From the IMG/VR virus record IMGVR_UViG_3300021963_000049, positions 32,001 through 96,000 of that record: a DNA stretch of 64,000 nucleotides; one strand, given 5' to 3'. The stretch's first letter is position 1. Every line of letters begins with the position of its first letter. The notes under the pieces were generated by a model, which ran no database searches, was not told the DNA's origin, and saw only the letters and a program-made list of their open reading frames with translations. Source of the stretch: a virus. Below, piece by piece: positions 29,311 through 36,576 of this stretch. The position numbers and the translations under genes are program-made.

Positions 29311-29802
29311 TTATGCTTTAGTTCTTAGTCTAGGTAACTGATTTGGATCTGTTGTTAAACTTAAAAAGTTTTTAGGTAACACTCCTTCTTGAATAAAGAT
29401 AGTGATTATATCCTCTTTGGATATATTTAAATCTTTAAAAGTTAAAGTATTCTTGAACTTTTCATCAACTTCAGAATTATCTAGAAAGAATGCTGTTATT
29501 GGACTCTTTGGGAAAAAAGATTCAAACAAAATATTAGTATATTTTATAGTAAGCTCCTGTTTGTATTTATTTATTACAGCTTGGGCTTTCTTATATACAT
29601 TTATTATTCTCTGCTTCTTTTTACTGCACATTTGTTCCAATTCTTGTGCACCAAGTGACTCTAATCCATATAGAGCTCTCTTGTACAAATAATTTTGATA
29701 TTGAGTATAGTTATCAGTTTCATACTGCATCACCAGTTTTTCATTCTTTAACTGGTATTTACCATTATACTCAAGACTCTGTTTTAATTTTTGCTTTTCC
29801 AT
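29311..29802 (-). CDS. Hypothetical protein
   Basis: 163-aa ORF. Confidence 0.8.
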   Translation of the reverse strand: MEKQKLKQSLEYNGKYQLKNEKLVMQYETDNYTQYQNYLYKRALYGLESLGAQELEQMCSKKKQRIINVYKKAQAVINKYKQELTIKYTNILFESFFPKSPITAFFLDNSEVDEKFKNTLTFKDLNISKEDIITIFIQEGVLPKNFLSLTTDPNQLPRLRTKA

Positions 29803-29828
29803 GTTATCATATACAATTAATCATTACT

Positions 29829-29860
29829 AAAAAAATAAAGGGAGCATTTCTGCCCCCTTT
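29829..29860 (-). terminator. Intrinsic terminator
   Basis: A-run, then AAAGGG.GCA/TGC.CCCTTT stem. Confidence 0.6.
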
Positions 29861-29877
29861 ACTACTATCTGTTAATA

Positions 29878-30357
29878 CTATCCTCCAATAGAGAAATCTG
29901 CATTAGGCTGAATAGCTTTTGCTTTTGCACTTTGTGCTGCATAAGCATTGCGCAATTCATCTACATTATCATGCTTAATAAGCATATCTTCTGCATTACC
30001 AGCAAATGAGAACTTAGTTCTGCGGTAGATTGGAAGACCTCCAAGAGTACATACTACTCCTGTCTCACCAGCAATTTTAAGATCTCTCTCTGGAGTTTTG
30101 TTATTGAATGGCTCAAGAGCTTCTTCAATTACAATTTTACCATCAAGTTGTTGACCAGCATAGAATCCAGATTCTTTTAGCTCAGCTACAGTACCAGGAA
30201 TTAATGCTGACACAGGTTTTCTTCTTAAGAAACCATTATCATCTATAAGTGTTCTTACTTGTTGCACACGGATGAAACCATAATCTGAATTGTTTTCAGA
30301 TACATTAACAACAGCTCCAGTTGTTTCATCAGCTAATACAGTTACTTTTGAGTTCAT
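29878..30357 (-). CDS. Conserved crAss-like hypothetical protein
   Basis: 159-aa ORF (KIAGETGVVCTLGGLPIYRRT). Confidence 0.8.
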   Translation of the reverse strand: MNSKVTVLADETTGAVVNVSENNSDYGFIRVQQVRTLIDDNGFLRRKPVSALIPGTVAELKESGFYAGQQLDGKIVIEEALEPFNNKTPERDLKIAGETGVVCTLGGLPIYRRTKFSFAGNAEDMLIKHDNVDELRNAYAAQSAKAKAIQPNADFSIGG

Positions 30358-30481
30358 AATCTCAGTTTTTAAAAGTTAATAAATAAATAATTAAATAGAT
30401 GTTTGTGAGTAGATGTGTACTATATCTTCAGTTACTCAGTCTGAATGATAAGTTAAATAGTATTCTATTGCAAGTCAAATA

Positions 30482-30754
30482 CTATGTATCCAGTGGGCCC
30501 ATAAGGTCAATGATATCATCAAATGGTTCATCATCTGATATTATATCATTTACATTTTCATCATCTGTGGCCAGATAATCAAAATCATAATACTTCTCTT
30601 TGGTGTTTTCTACAACAGCAGAATCAGAAAAAGGATTTATAATGTGTTCACCATAATCTATGGACATCAGATACTGAATGTCCTCATCTGTAAGATCAAG
30701 ATATTGTTCAAGTGTAATATAAATTACTTTACCATTAGGTAACTGGTATAACAT
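30482..30754 (-). CDS. Acidic hypothetical protein (MLYQLPNGK...)
   Basis: 90 aa, D/E-rich C-terminus. Confidence 0.75.
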   Translation of the reverse strand: MLYQLPNGKVIYITLEQYLDLTDEDIQYLMSIDYGEHIINPFSDSAVVENTKEKYYDFDYLATDDENVNDIISDDEPFDDIIDLMGPLDT

Positions 30755-30842
30755 TATAAATACATAAAGATTAGTAAATGTATGATAATAAGTTTAACCA
30801 GTATAAGTGTAAAGTTTAAATTTTGACATTATATAGCTAATA

Positions 30843-30869
30843 AAGGGGAATAGCCTAGACTACTCCCCA
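30843..30869 (-). terminator. Intrinsic terminator
   Basis: GGGGA.TAG/CTA.TCCCC stem with short A-run. Confidence 0.55.
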
Positions 30870-30910
30870 GTATTACTGTTCAGGAAAAGCATATCTACAG
30901 ATATACTATT

Positions 30911-31330
30911 TTAAAATTCCTCTATAATCTCTAATTCATTAGTGCTTAAATAAGTAGCATCATCTTTTGTAGTACCATTATCTAACACATTTTTATATGA
31001 AACTTGGTACTGAGAATACTCATGGTAGCCTCTAAATTGTCTTACAGTTACAATTACTTTGTCTTCATCATCTGCAAATCTTTCCCGGATTCCTTCTTTG
31101 TTACTACCATAACCTAATCTTTCAACTTTAACTTTACATAAAGTCCCATCAGGTATGATATCTGGTAGCTTATTACCAAGCATAAGCTTAAAGAAATAAT
31201 CTACAGCTGATGAATTACTACAGATCATGGGAGTAAGTAACTTAACAAACTCCTGTGAATTTGGGTCTTTAATTACCTTTTCTAATGCTTTTGCAACATC
31301 AGAGTCATCATATGTTACAGATATTCTCAT
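30911..31330 (-). CDS. Hypothetical protein
   Basis: 139-aa ORF. Confidence 0.75.
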   Translation of the reverse strand: MRISVTYDDSDVAKALEKVIKDPNSQEFVKLLTPMICSNSSAVDYFFKLMLGNKLPDIIPDGTLCKVKVERLGYGSNKEGIRERFADDEDKVIVTVRQFRGYHEYSQYQVSYKNVLDNGTTKDDATYLSTNELEIIEEF

Positions 31331-31332
31331 GC

Positions 31333-31581
31333 TCAGTCATTAATTCTTCTATAATCTAATACTTTAGCTAACAGAGCTTCATTAAAGTTTGTAAAGAACT
31401 TTTTATCAATCATCTTGTGATTAATTACTGGCTCCTCACAGCTATAGCATGTAGACTTGATACCTGTCTTAATTATTTCTCCTTCCGGAGTCATAATATC
31501 TCTCTTAAGATTAAATCCTAAGACTGATGTAATTAAATAACTATCATTCATGGCTTCCAAATAAATTAGACATAATCTCAC
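31333..31581 (-). CDS. Hypothetical protein (start may be ~31551)
   Basis: ORF in operon context. Confidence 0.6.
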   Translation of the reverse strand: MRLCLIYLEAMNDSYLITSVLGFNLKRDIMTPEGEIIKTGIKSTCYSCEEPVINHKMIDKKFFTNFNEALLAKVLDYRRIND

Positions 31582-31867
31582 TAACAGTAGACTCCTTCCT
31601 GTGGTGGTCTACTATCTTTTGAAATATTAACATACTCATTGCAATTTCATTCTCATGTTTGCAGTAATTTATTATTTTTTCTAGCATAAGATGTAACTCT
31701 GAGTTACCATCAAATGCCTCTGCTGTGTTCTTTAGCAATTCTTTTACTCTATCCTCAGAGATCCCAAGAATTTCATGCATAAGTTCACTGTTATCATCAA
31801 TAAATAATAACTTAAATTTCCCATCTGTTGGGCATGCTTTTTTTCTTCTGAACAGTTTCATAATCAT
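31544..31867 (-). CDS. Hypothetical protein
   Basis: Start moved to MIMKLF because the longer track ORF overlaps the tRNA. Confidence 0.7.
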   Translation of the reverse strand: MIMKLFRRKKACPTDGKFKLLFIDDNSELMHEILGISEDRVKELLKNTAEAFDGNSELHLMLEKIINYCKHENEIAMSMLIFQKIVDHHRKESTVSEIMSNLFGSHE

Positions 31868-31919
31868 AATTTTAAGATGTAATTTACTAAATATTTGAGT
31901 TATACACAAAAGTGCATAG

Positions 31920-31991
31920 TAGTTCCACCTGGACTCGAACCAGGAATACAAGCTTAGAAGGCTAGTGTTATATCCCTTTAACTATAGAACT
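31920..31991 (-). tRNA. tRNA-Arg (anticodon TCT), no encoded CCA
   Basis: Reverse complement: AGTTCTA acceptor pairs with TGGAACT-A; anticodon arm CTAGC-CT TCT AA-GCTTG (one mismatch); T arm CCTGG-TTCGAGT-CCAGG. Confidence 0.9.
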
Positions 31992-32015
31992 AAAAACAGG
32001 GTAGAACACCCTGTT
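31992..32015 (-). terminator. Terminator-like hairpin immediately upstream of the tRNA
   Basis: AACAGGGT/ACCCTGTT stem with A-run. Confidence 0.5.
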
Positions 32016-32250
32016 AGATAAATAAAAATATAAGTGTAATAGTATAGATTATTGCCAGACAAATAGCACCAGCTATTATTATTTTTGGTCTTCTTTGTGT
32101 TTTATAATCCTCAATATTGCTTAATATTCTAACAATATTGTACTCTACTTCAGAAAGAAGTTCATCCTTTAATATTTTAGGCATACCGGATCTTTTTACT
32201 TCAATCCGGTAATTCTGCCAATATCTAAGTTCTTTCTTTAAATTTCTCAT
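32014..32250 (-). CDS. Membrane-anchored hypothetical protein
   Basis: MRNLKKEL...; C-terminal transmembrane helix. Confidence 0.65.
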   Translation of the reverse strand: MRNLKKELRYWQNYRIEVKRSGMPKILKDELLSEVEYNIVRILSNIEDYKTQRRPKIIIAGAICLAIIYTITLIFLFI

Positions 32251-32336
32251 GATACAAATGCTGCTAGTGTGCATATTGCTGCAAAGTAAATTAAAATAAT
32301 CAGATTTGTTGTTTTCATAATCATAAATTTTAAGTA

Positions 32337-32534
32337 TTAGTATCTAACAGCACATGCTCTATTTCTTTTCTTAATGAGTCTTGCTCTTTTTCTACTGTAG
32401 TGCTTCTTGTAATTGTATCCCTTAGATTTTTTCTTAACTCCATCTCCAGGACCAATCTCAGTAGTTACAGACTCAGAAACTAGAGTAGCTTCATTAGAAG
32501 AAAGGCATAATGCCATAATCATAATTTTAATCAT
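32337..32534 (-). CDS. Small basic protein with N-terminal hydrophobic segment
   Basis: 65 aa; GYNYKKHYSRK. Confidence 0.6.
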   Translation of the reverse strand: MIKIMIMALCLSSNEATLVSESVTTEIGPGDGVKKKSKGYNYKKHYSRKRARLIKKRNRACAVRY

Positions 32535-32566
32535 TGTTTATTTATTTATTTGTTTTGGTTACTAAT

Positions 32567-32827
32567 TTAATTGTTGCTGTCATCAGCATATATTCTTGCA
32601 TAGAATTCTCCATATGTTTCACCTGGTAAAGGTCTTCCATACTTAGCTTCAAATTCTTCAGCAGAGTATTCATCTTCATCTGGCTCCGGATTATCAAATA
32701 TGTACTCTTCATGTGATATACAGTCAAAGCACTTGTTGTACTTGCTATTATCATAGTGATCAGTAGCAATTACATAGCTTTCTGTAATCTCATTGTTACA
32801 TACTCCACATATTGGCATGTTCTCCAT
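32567..32827 (-). CDS. Zn-binding hypothetical protein
   Basis: CGVC...CFDC, acidic C-terminus. Confidence 0.65.
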   Translation of the reverse strand: MENMPICGVCNNEITESYVIATDHYDNSKYNKCFDCISHEEYIFDNPEPDEDEYSAEEFEAKYGRPLPGETYGEFYARIYADDSNN

Positions 32828-32833
32828 AAGTTC

Positions 32834-33103
32834 TTATTTAAGTTCACTAACTTTTTTCATTATATCTGTAACTTCTTCCGGTGTTAAATGCCCAATAACA
32901 TCATTAGTAATTGGTGTATTATAGCATATCTGAGAGTACTTATCACCCGGTGCCATGTATATAATTGCCAATTCATATAATCCTTGTCTACCACCATAGG
33001 TATAAAGACCGCGGATTACTGAGACACCATAATGGTTAGGAAATATGTGATGAGCATTCTCTCCCATCTCATCATGCTCAAATTTTAAATCTTCAAAGGT
33101 CAT
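32834..33103 (-). CDS. Conserved phage protein (FPNxYGVSV...GLYELA family)
   Basis: Recognisable widespread phage hypothetical motif incl. TPITNDVIGHLT. Confidence 0.75.
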   Translation of the reverse strand: MTFEDLKFEHDEMGENAHHIFPNHYGVSVIRGLYTYGGRQGLYELAIIYMAPGDKYSQICYNTPITNDVIGHLTPEEVTDIMKKVSELK

Positions 33104-33228
33104 AAGTTTAGTTTTAAGTTCTTAATTAAGTTTCTATAAGTTAATAACCCCTCTGCACTCAGTTGTAATACTTCATAGCCTATAGACCACAAATAAATTG
33201 TGTATGGAATAATTCTTACATACTTCAT
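33100..33228 (-). CDS. Small hypothetical protein (42 aa, MKYVRIIPY...)
   Basis: ATG chosen downstream of the RNA motif; ATGA coupling to the next gene. Confidence 0.45.
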   Translation of the reverse strand: MKYVRIIPYTIYLWSIGYEVLQLSAEGLLTYRNLIKNLKLNL

Positions 33229-33273
33229 ATTACAACTGCTCACCCTTGGGAAGTGAGAATGGTGCATTAATAA

Positions 33274-33320
33274 ATAGTGTTGGCTCTCAGATCTTTTCAG
33301 CCCCGCACTATAAACGGACA
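33274..33320. ncRNA. Structured motif, copy A
   Basis: + strand ATAGTG-TT-GGCT-[13-nt loop]-AGCC-CCG-CACTAT-AAACGGACA; covaries with copy B. Confidence 0.55.
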
Positions 33321-33441
33321 ATCTTTTTATTTGCATAACAATTCGGGTAACTCACATCCCTAGGTAGGTCGGTACTAAGAGTTATAATTGTACCTAGTTA
33401 AATATGCATGCCTCTTTCATGGTCACATGCTCCCAAATATA

Positions 33442-33530
33442 AATTAAGCTCTCAGAGGTGCAATTACAATAAGCCATACTGATACATCAGTCAATATGAT
33501 GGTTCTTGTAAGCTTCCAGAGAGCTTAATT
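33442..33530. ncRNA. Long branched hairpin, candidate ncRNA
   Basis: Perfect 12-bp AATTAAGCTCTC/GAGAGCTTAATT closing stem; inner TTACAA/TTGTAA, CCAT/ATGG and ACTGAT/ATCAGT stems. Confidence 0.5.
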
Positions 33531-33790
33531 AATAAGTTTACCTTGCATACTCTTACAAGGATTAGTTATTTCTGTCTTCCAGCGGTACTTCTACCTGCAA
33601 TTATATTACTCCAATTGCATAAATTACTTTAAGTATAAAGCTTTCGCATTTCACTTATGCCTTTCTTACAAAGATGATTAGTCTTCTCAACCCTTACAGA
33701 GGTCTAGTTAGGAGTTACATGCAGCTAACAAGTCATCATCTTGTTTCTTATAATCCTACTGTAATAAGATTAAATCACTGATTTAAATAG

Positions 33791-33875
33791 TACTCTCACA
33801 AGGTTGCAACCCTTGAGGCTCATGTTGGCATATACGGGCTACTAATACCGGTTTACCTGCAATTGGATGAGAGTA
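33791..33875. ncRNA. tRNA-like structured element
   Basis: 8-bp TACTCTCA/TGAGAGTA stem stacked directly on a 5-bp CAAGG/CCTTG stem with a 7-nt loop. Confidence 0.45.
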
Positions 33876-33879
33876 AATA

Positions 33880-33925
33880 AACAGTTTGGCTTTCATACTT
33901 TCTCAGCCCCGACTGTTAACGGACA
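33880..33925. ncRNA. Structured motif, copy B
   Basis: + strand AACAGT-TT-GGCT-[13-nt loop]-AGCC-CCG-ACTGTT-AACGGACA. Confidence 0.55.
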
Positions 33926-33937
33926 GTATTATACTAT

Positions 33938-34123
33938 TTAATAAAATTCATAGAACTCCGGATACAGGTATTCTCCAAGTCCCATAAGAAGAGAAGACCT
34001 CTCTCCTTCTAATTCTTCTATAGTAGAATTATCAAGTTCTTCTAGTTGATCTTTAGACATCTCTTCCTGATTCAGTCTTAAGTACAGATCTTTGATCTCT
34101 TCAATCAGATTCTTTCCAATCAT
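33938..34123 (-). CDS. Small acidic protein
   Basis: 61 aa with an AT-rich leader. Confidence 0.7.
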   Translation of the reverse strand: MIGKNLIEEIKDLYLRLNQEEMSKDQLEELDNSTIEELEGERSSLLMGLGEYLYPEFYEFY

Positions 34124-34141
34124 AATCTTTGGTTTTAAAAT

Positions 34142-34324
34142 TTATAAATCTTCATTGTACACAAACTCATCTGTTTTAATCCAGTTGAGTATTTCTTCTT
34201 TGTAGGCATACTCTATAGTTATTTGATTAGTAATAACTGTGTAAGTAGTTCTGCCATCTACATTGTCCTGTGGAGTAACAACTCCTATCCATAAATAAAT
34301 CTGGAATATTAATTTGCTAAACAT
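34142..34324 (-). CDS. Small hypothetical protein
   Basis: 60 aa. Confidence 0.65.
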   Translation of the reverse strand: MFSKLIFQIYLWIGVVTPQDNVDGRTTYTVITNQITIEYAYKEEILNWIKTDEFVYNEDL

Positions 34325-34338
34325 ATTTCCCGGAGTCT

Positions 34339-34431
34339 TTAACTGTGAAACACTAAATGGATAATAGTAAGTATAGCAGTAATGCCTATAATAGCATATA
34401 CTAAGAGTAAGTCTTGCTTTTGTTTGTTCAT
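34339..34431 (-). CDS. Membrane micropeptide (30 aa)
   Basis: MNKQKQDLLLVYAIIGITAILTIIHLVFHS. Confidence 0.5.
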   Translation of the reverse strand: MNKQKQDLLLVYAIIGITAILTIIHLVFHS

Positions 34432-34583
34432 AGCTATATATTTAAGTTAATTGTGAGTGAATATTCTTATTCTGAGCCTGTTGTTAGAGTTTAGTTATAG
34501 TGGAGAGTTTGATTCTCTACTTTAAGTAAACACACTTAACTGTCTAGTTTCCAGCAACTTATAAGTTTATTTTTAAGTAATTT

Positions 34584-34796
34584 GTGGGAATACTAAGCTT
34601 CATTATATCATAGTATTACACATTACTTAAGCTTCTATGTCTTAAGTATTAAGTATTAAAGAGTAAGTATTTAGTATTAAGTATTAAGTACACAATTCCC
34701 ACTTGGTCAAAATTCACACCGGCAGAATAGTTACAAATTCCCACTTGGGTATATACTATACTATATATACTATACACATATTCCCACTTGGGTATG
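34584..34796. repeat. Iteron-like repeats plus AAGTATT tandem array (candidate replication origin)
   Basis: ATTCCCACTTGG at 34695, 34737 and 34780 (spacing 42/43); inverted GTGGGAAT at 34584; AAGTATT-type tandem at ~34644-34690. Confidence 0.6.
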
Positions 34797-34814
34797 TATT
34801 TAGTACTAATTACT

Positions 34815-34845
34815 AAAAAATAAAAAAGCAATGCTTTAGCATTGC
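34815..34845 (-). terminator. Intrinsic terminator
   Basis: GCAATGCT/AGCATTGC stem followed by a U-tract on the - strand. Confidence 0.65.
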
Positions 34846-34856
34846 AACTCAATTGC

Positions 34857-34869
34857 AGTAAAGGGTTAG
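34857..34869 (-). promoter_or_regulatory. Repeated 13-nt motif, copy 1 (CTAACCCWWNACT on - strand)
   Basis: + strand AGTAAAGGGTTAG. Confidence 0.6.
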
Positions 34870-34891
34870 AAAAAAGAGGAATCTAATTACT

Positions 34892-34922
34892 AAAAAAAAG
34901 AAATGGGGTTTATCCCCATTTC
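34892..34922 (-). terminator. Intrinsic terminator
   Basis: GAAATGGGG/CCCCATTTC stem with an 8-A run. Confidence 0.8.
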
Positions 34923-34929
34923 CTTATTA

Positions 34930-35367
34930 TTACATTTCTGTAATGTTTGCATCTGTTCCATCAGATACTGGTTCTGCAAATAATGCATTAACAGCCTTAT
35001 TGCTTGCAACTGGTCCCATAACTTTGTCAAGGACTCTTGATGCAAACTGAGCTTCCAATGCAGGAGATATTTTTGCAAGAGCATCAATCCTGCTTATATC
35101 CTTACGGCTCTCTGAGCCATCCAATGTATAATTACCATCTTGCTTCTTATACAATGGCAACTCATCTCTTAATGCATCCATATACATTGTTCTAAACTGC
35201 GGAGTTCCATCTGGTGCATTAGTTGGATACTTCTTGAATTGCGGGCTATTAATATAATCCTGCATTTCTTCAGCACTACCATACACATTATACAAATGGA
35301 AAGTTTGTCCTTTACCTGCTCCTTCTTTTCTTTGGATGTAATTTCCAACATAAACTGCTTTAATCAT
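34930..35367 (-). CDS. Putative early protein
   Basis: 145 aa in a motif-gene-terminator cassette. Confidence 0.8.
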   Translation of the reverse strand: MIKAVYVGNYIQRKEGAGKGQTFHLYNVYGSAEEMQDYINSPQFKKYPTNAPDGTPQFRTMYMDALRDELPLYKKQDGNYTLDGSESRKDISRIDALAKISPALEAQFASRVLDKVMGPVASNKAVNALFAEPVSDGTDANITEM

Positions 35368-35410
35368 AACTTTTGTTTTTAATTTATTAATAAATAATCA
35401 TATCAATTCC

Positions 35411-35423
35411 AGTGTAGGGTTAG
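35411..35423 (-). promoter_or_regulatory. Repeated 13-nt motif, copy 2
   Basis: + strand AGTGTAGGGTTAG. Confidence 0.65.
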
Positions 35424-35433
35424 TAAAAAGAGG

Positions 35434-35462
35434 AAAAAGAAAAAAGAGAGTTTATCTCTCTT
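35434..35462 (-). terminator. Intrinsic terminator
   Basis: AAGAGAG/CTCTCTT stem with A-run. Confidence 0.65.
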
Positions 35463-35685
35463 TTGGGATTGCAGATTTAAAAGCTTCCTGCATATCCATT
35501 TTATGTATAGCATCTATACATAGCTTATTTATATAACCTTTGGTATTTACTGCTTTTCCATACCATTCAGATTCAGCCTGCTTGGTTTCTTCTATTTCTG
35601 CTATTATGCTATTATACACATCTGCATATTCAGGATTTTGCCTCATTCTTTCCAGGCCATCTATTATATAAAATATCTTTCTCAT
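35452..35685 (-). CDS. Putative early protein
   Basis: 77 aa cassette gene. Confidence 0.75.
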   Translation of the reverse strand: MRKIFYIIDGLERMRQNPEYADVYNSIIAEIEETKQAESEWYGKAVNTKGYINKLCIDAIHKMDMQEAFKSAIPKER

Positions 35686-35709
35686 ATTATATAGTTTTAA
35701 TTTATATTA

Positions 35710-35722
35710 AGTTTAGGGTTAG
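35710..35722 (-). promoter_or_regulatory. Repeated 13-nt motif, copy 3
   Basis: + strand AGTTTAGGGTTAG. Confidence 0.65.
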
Positions 35723-35728
35723 TTAAAT

Positions 35729-35753
35729 AAAAAAAGAGAGCTTGTCTCTCTTT
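35729..35753 (-). terminator. Intrinsic terminator
   Basis: AAAGAGAG/CTCTCTTT stem with A-run. Confidence 0.65.
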
Positions 35754-35958
35754 ATTCTAGCCCTTTTCTGATTATATCTAAACATACTGCCCATGCATGA
35801 TATTCATTTTTATCAGATTCAAGTTCAGTGTTTATATACTCATGGGCAAGTTTATTTAGCATATGTTCTATATCTTTAACAAGTTTGCCATGTGTTACAT
35901 CTTTGTCCATAAGATTTAGAAATACTTTTTCTAAAACTTTTTTTTCTATTGCATCCAT
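35752..35958 (-). CDS. Putative early protein
   Basis: 68 aa cassette gene. Confidence 0.75.
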   Translation of the reverse strand: MDAIEKKVLEKVFLNLMDKDVTHGKLVKDIEHMLNKLAHEYINTELESDKNEYHAWAVCLDIIRKGLE

Positions 35959-35981
35959 ATTATAAATTTTAATTTATCATC

Positions 35982-35994
35982 AGTCTTGGGTTAG
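35982..35994 (-). promoter_or_regulatory. Repeated 13-nt motif, copy 4
   Basis: + strand AGTCTTGGGTTAG. Confidence 0.6.
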
Positions 35995-36008
35995 AAAGAA
36001 GAGGAAAG

Positions 36009-36048
36009 AAAAAAAGAAGAGTCATGACTATTTAGTCATGATCTCTTC
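36009..36048 (-). terminator. Intrinsic terminator
   Basis: GAAGAG-TCATGACTA/TAGTCATGA-CTCTTC stem with A-run. Confidence 0.75.
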
Positions 36049-36279
36049 GGCACCACAGATGAAGATGGCTTCATAGCCTGCTTCATTTGTGTAAAGCTTG
36101 TAGCTTATTTTATAAAGGCCTTCAGACTTTATATAATTAGCAACAGCTTTCTTACTGACTTTGGGAAGCCATAGCTTATCAGAGTCAGTATTGACTTTCT
36201 TTATATTATAAAGGAAGTCATGGGATTTGTTAGACATGATGCTCACCAGAGCATCTTGGAATGGCAAAGACTTTTTCAT
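36028..36279 (-). CDS. Putative early protein
   Basis: 83 aa, first gene of the - strand block. Confidence 0.75.
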   Translation of the reverse strand: MKKSLPFQDALVSIMSNKSHDFLYNIKKVNTDSDKLWLPKVSKKAVANYIKSEGLYKISYKLYTNEAGYEAIFICGAEEIMTK

Positions 36280-36303
36280 ATGATAAATTTTTAATTTATC
36301 TCA

Positions 36304-36316
36304 AGTTTAGGGTTAG
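36304..36316 (-). promoter_or_regulatory. Repeated 13-nt motif, copy 5
   Basis: + strand AGTTTAGGGTTAG. Confidence 0.65.
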
Positions 36317-36361
36317 TCAGCATGCAAGAGCAAGCAAGCTTTTTTTGACAGAGGAAAAAAA

Positions 36362-36460
36362 AGTGCAGCGCAGTTCTGCATGAGCAAGGCCACCTGAGAA
36401 AGCAGGGGGGTACCACCTGCGGCTTGAGGGGTGGGGGTGGCCGCGCTGGGGGATCCTCAC
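36362..36460. other. GC-rich, G-run island at the transcription divergence point
   Basis: GCAGGGGGGTACCACCTGC...GAGGGGTGGGGGTGGCCGCGCTGGGGG within an otherwise AT-rich genome. Confidence 0.6.
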
Positions 36461-36499
36461 AAACTCCAGTATAATATTTGGTTACTACCGGTAAAGTAT

Positions 36500-36563
36500 T
36501 ATATTTGTATTTCATTCTCTACCAAAATAAAAAGTCCCCGGAACTACAGGCTGGGGGTTTTTT
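36500..36563 (+). ncRNA. Promoter-sRNA-terminator unit U1
   Basis: TATATTTG, ~28 nt without an ORF, CCCCGG/CTGGGG hairpin and T6. Confidence 0.45.
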
Positions 36564-36576
36564 ATTATATTATAGT

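Noticed and set aside
33274-33925. Hammerhead ribozyme suggested by CTGA...GAAA in the repeated hairpin
   Set aside because: The CUGANGA core is not matched in either copy, and the three-stem junction is absent.
34695-34796. Mini-CRISPR array from the ATTCCCACTTGG repeats
   Set aside because: Repeats are only 12-16 nt, one spacer is low-complexity TATAC, and there are no cas genes; iterons fit better.
34649-34852. 67-aa - strand ORF
   Set aside because: Spans a terminator and tandem repeats; composition reflects the repeats.
36291-36515. Pro-rich 74-aa - strand ORF
   Set aside because: Artefact of the G-run island; overlaps promoter motifs.
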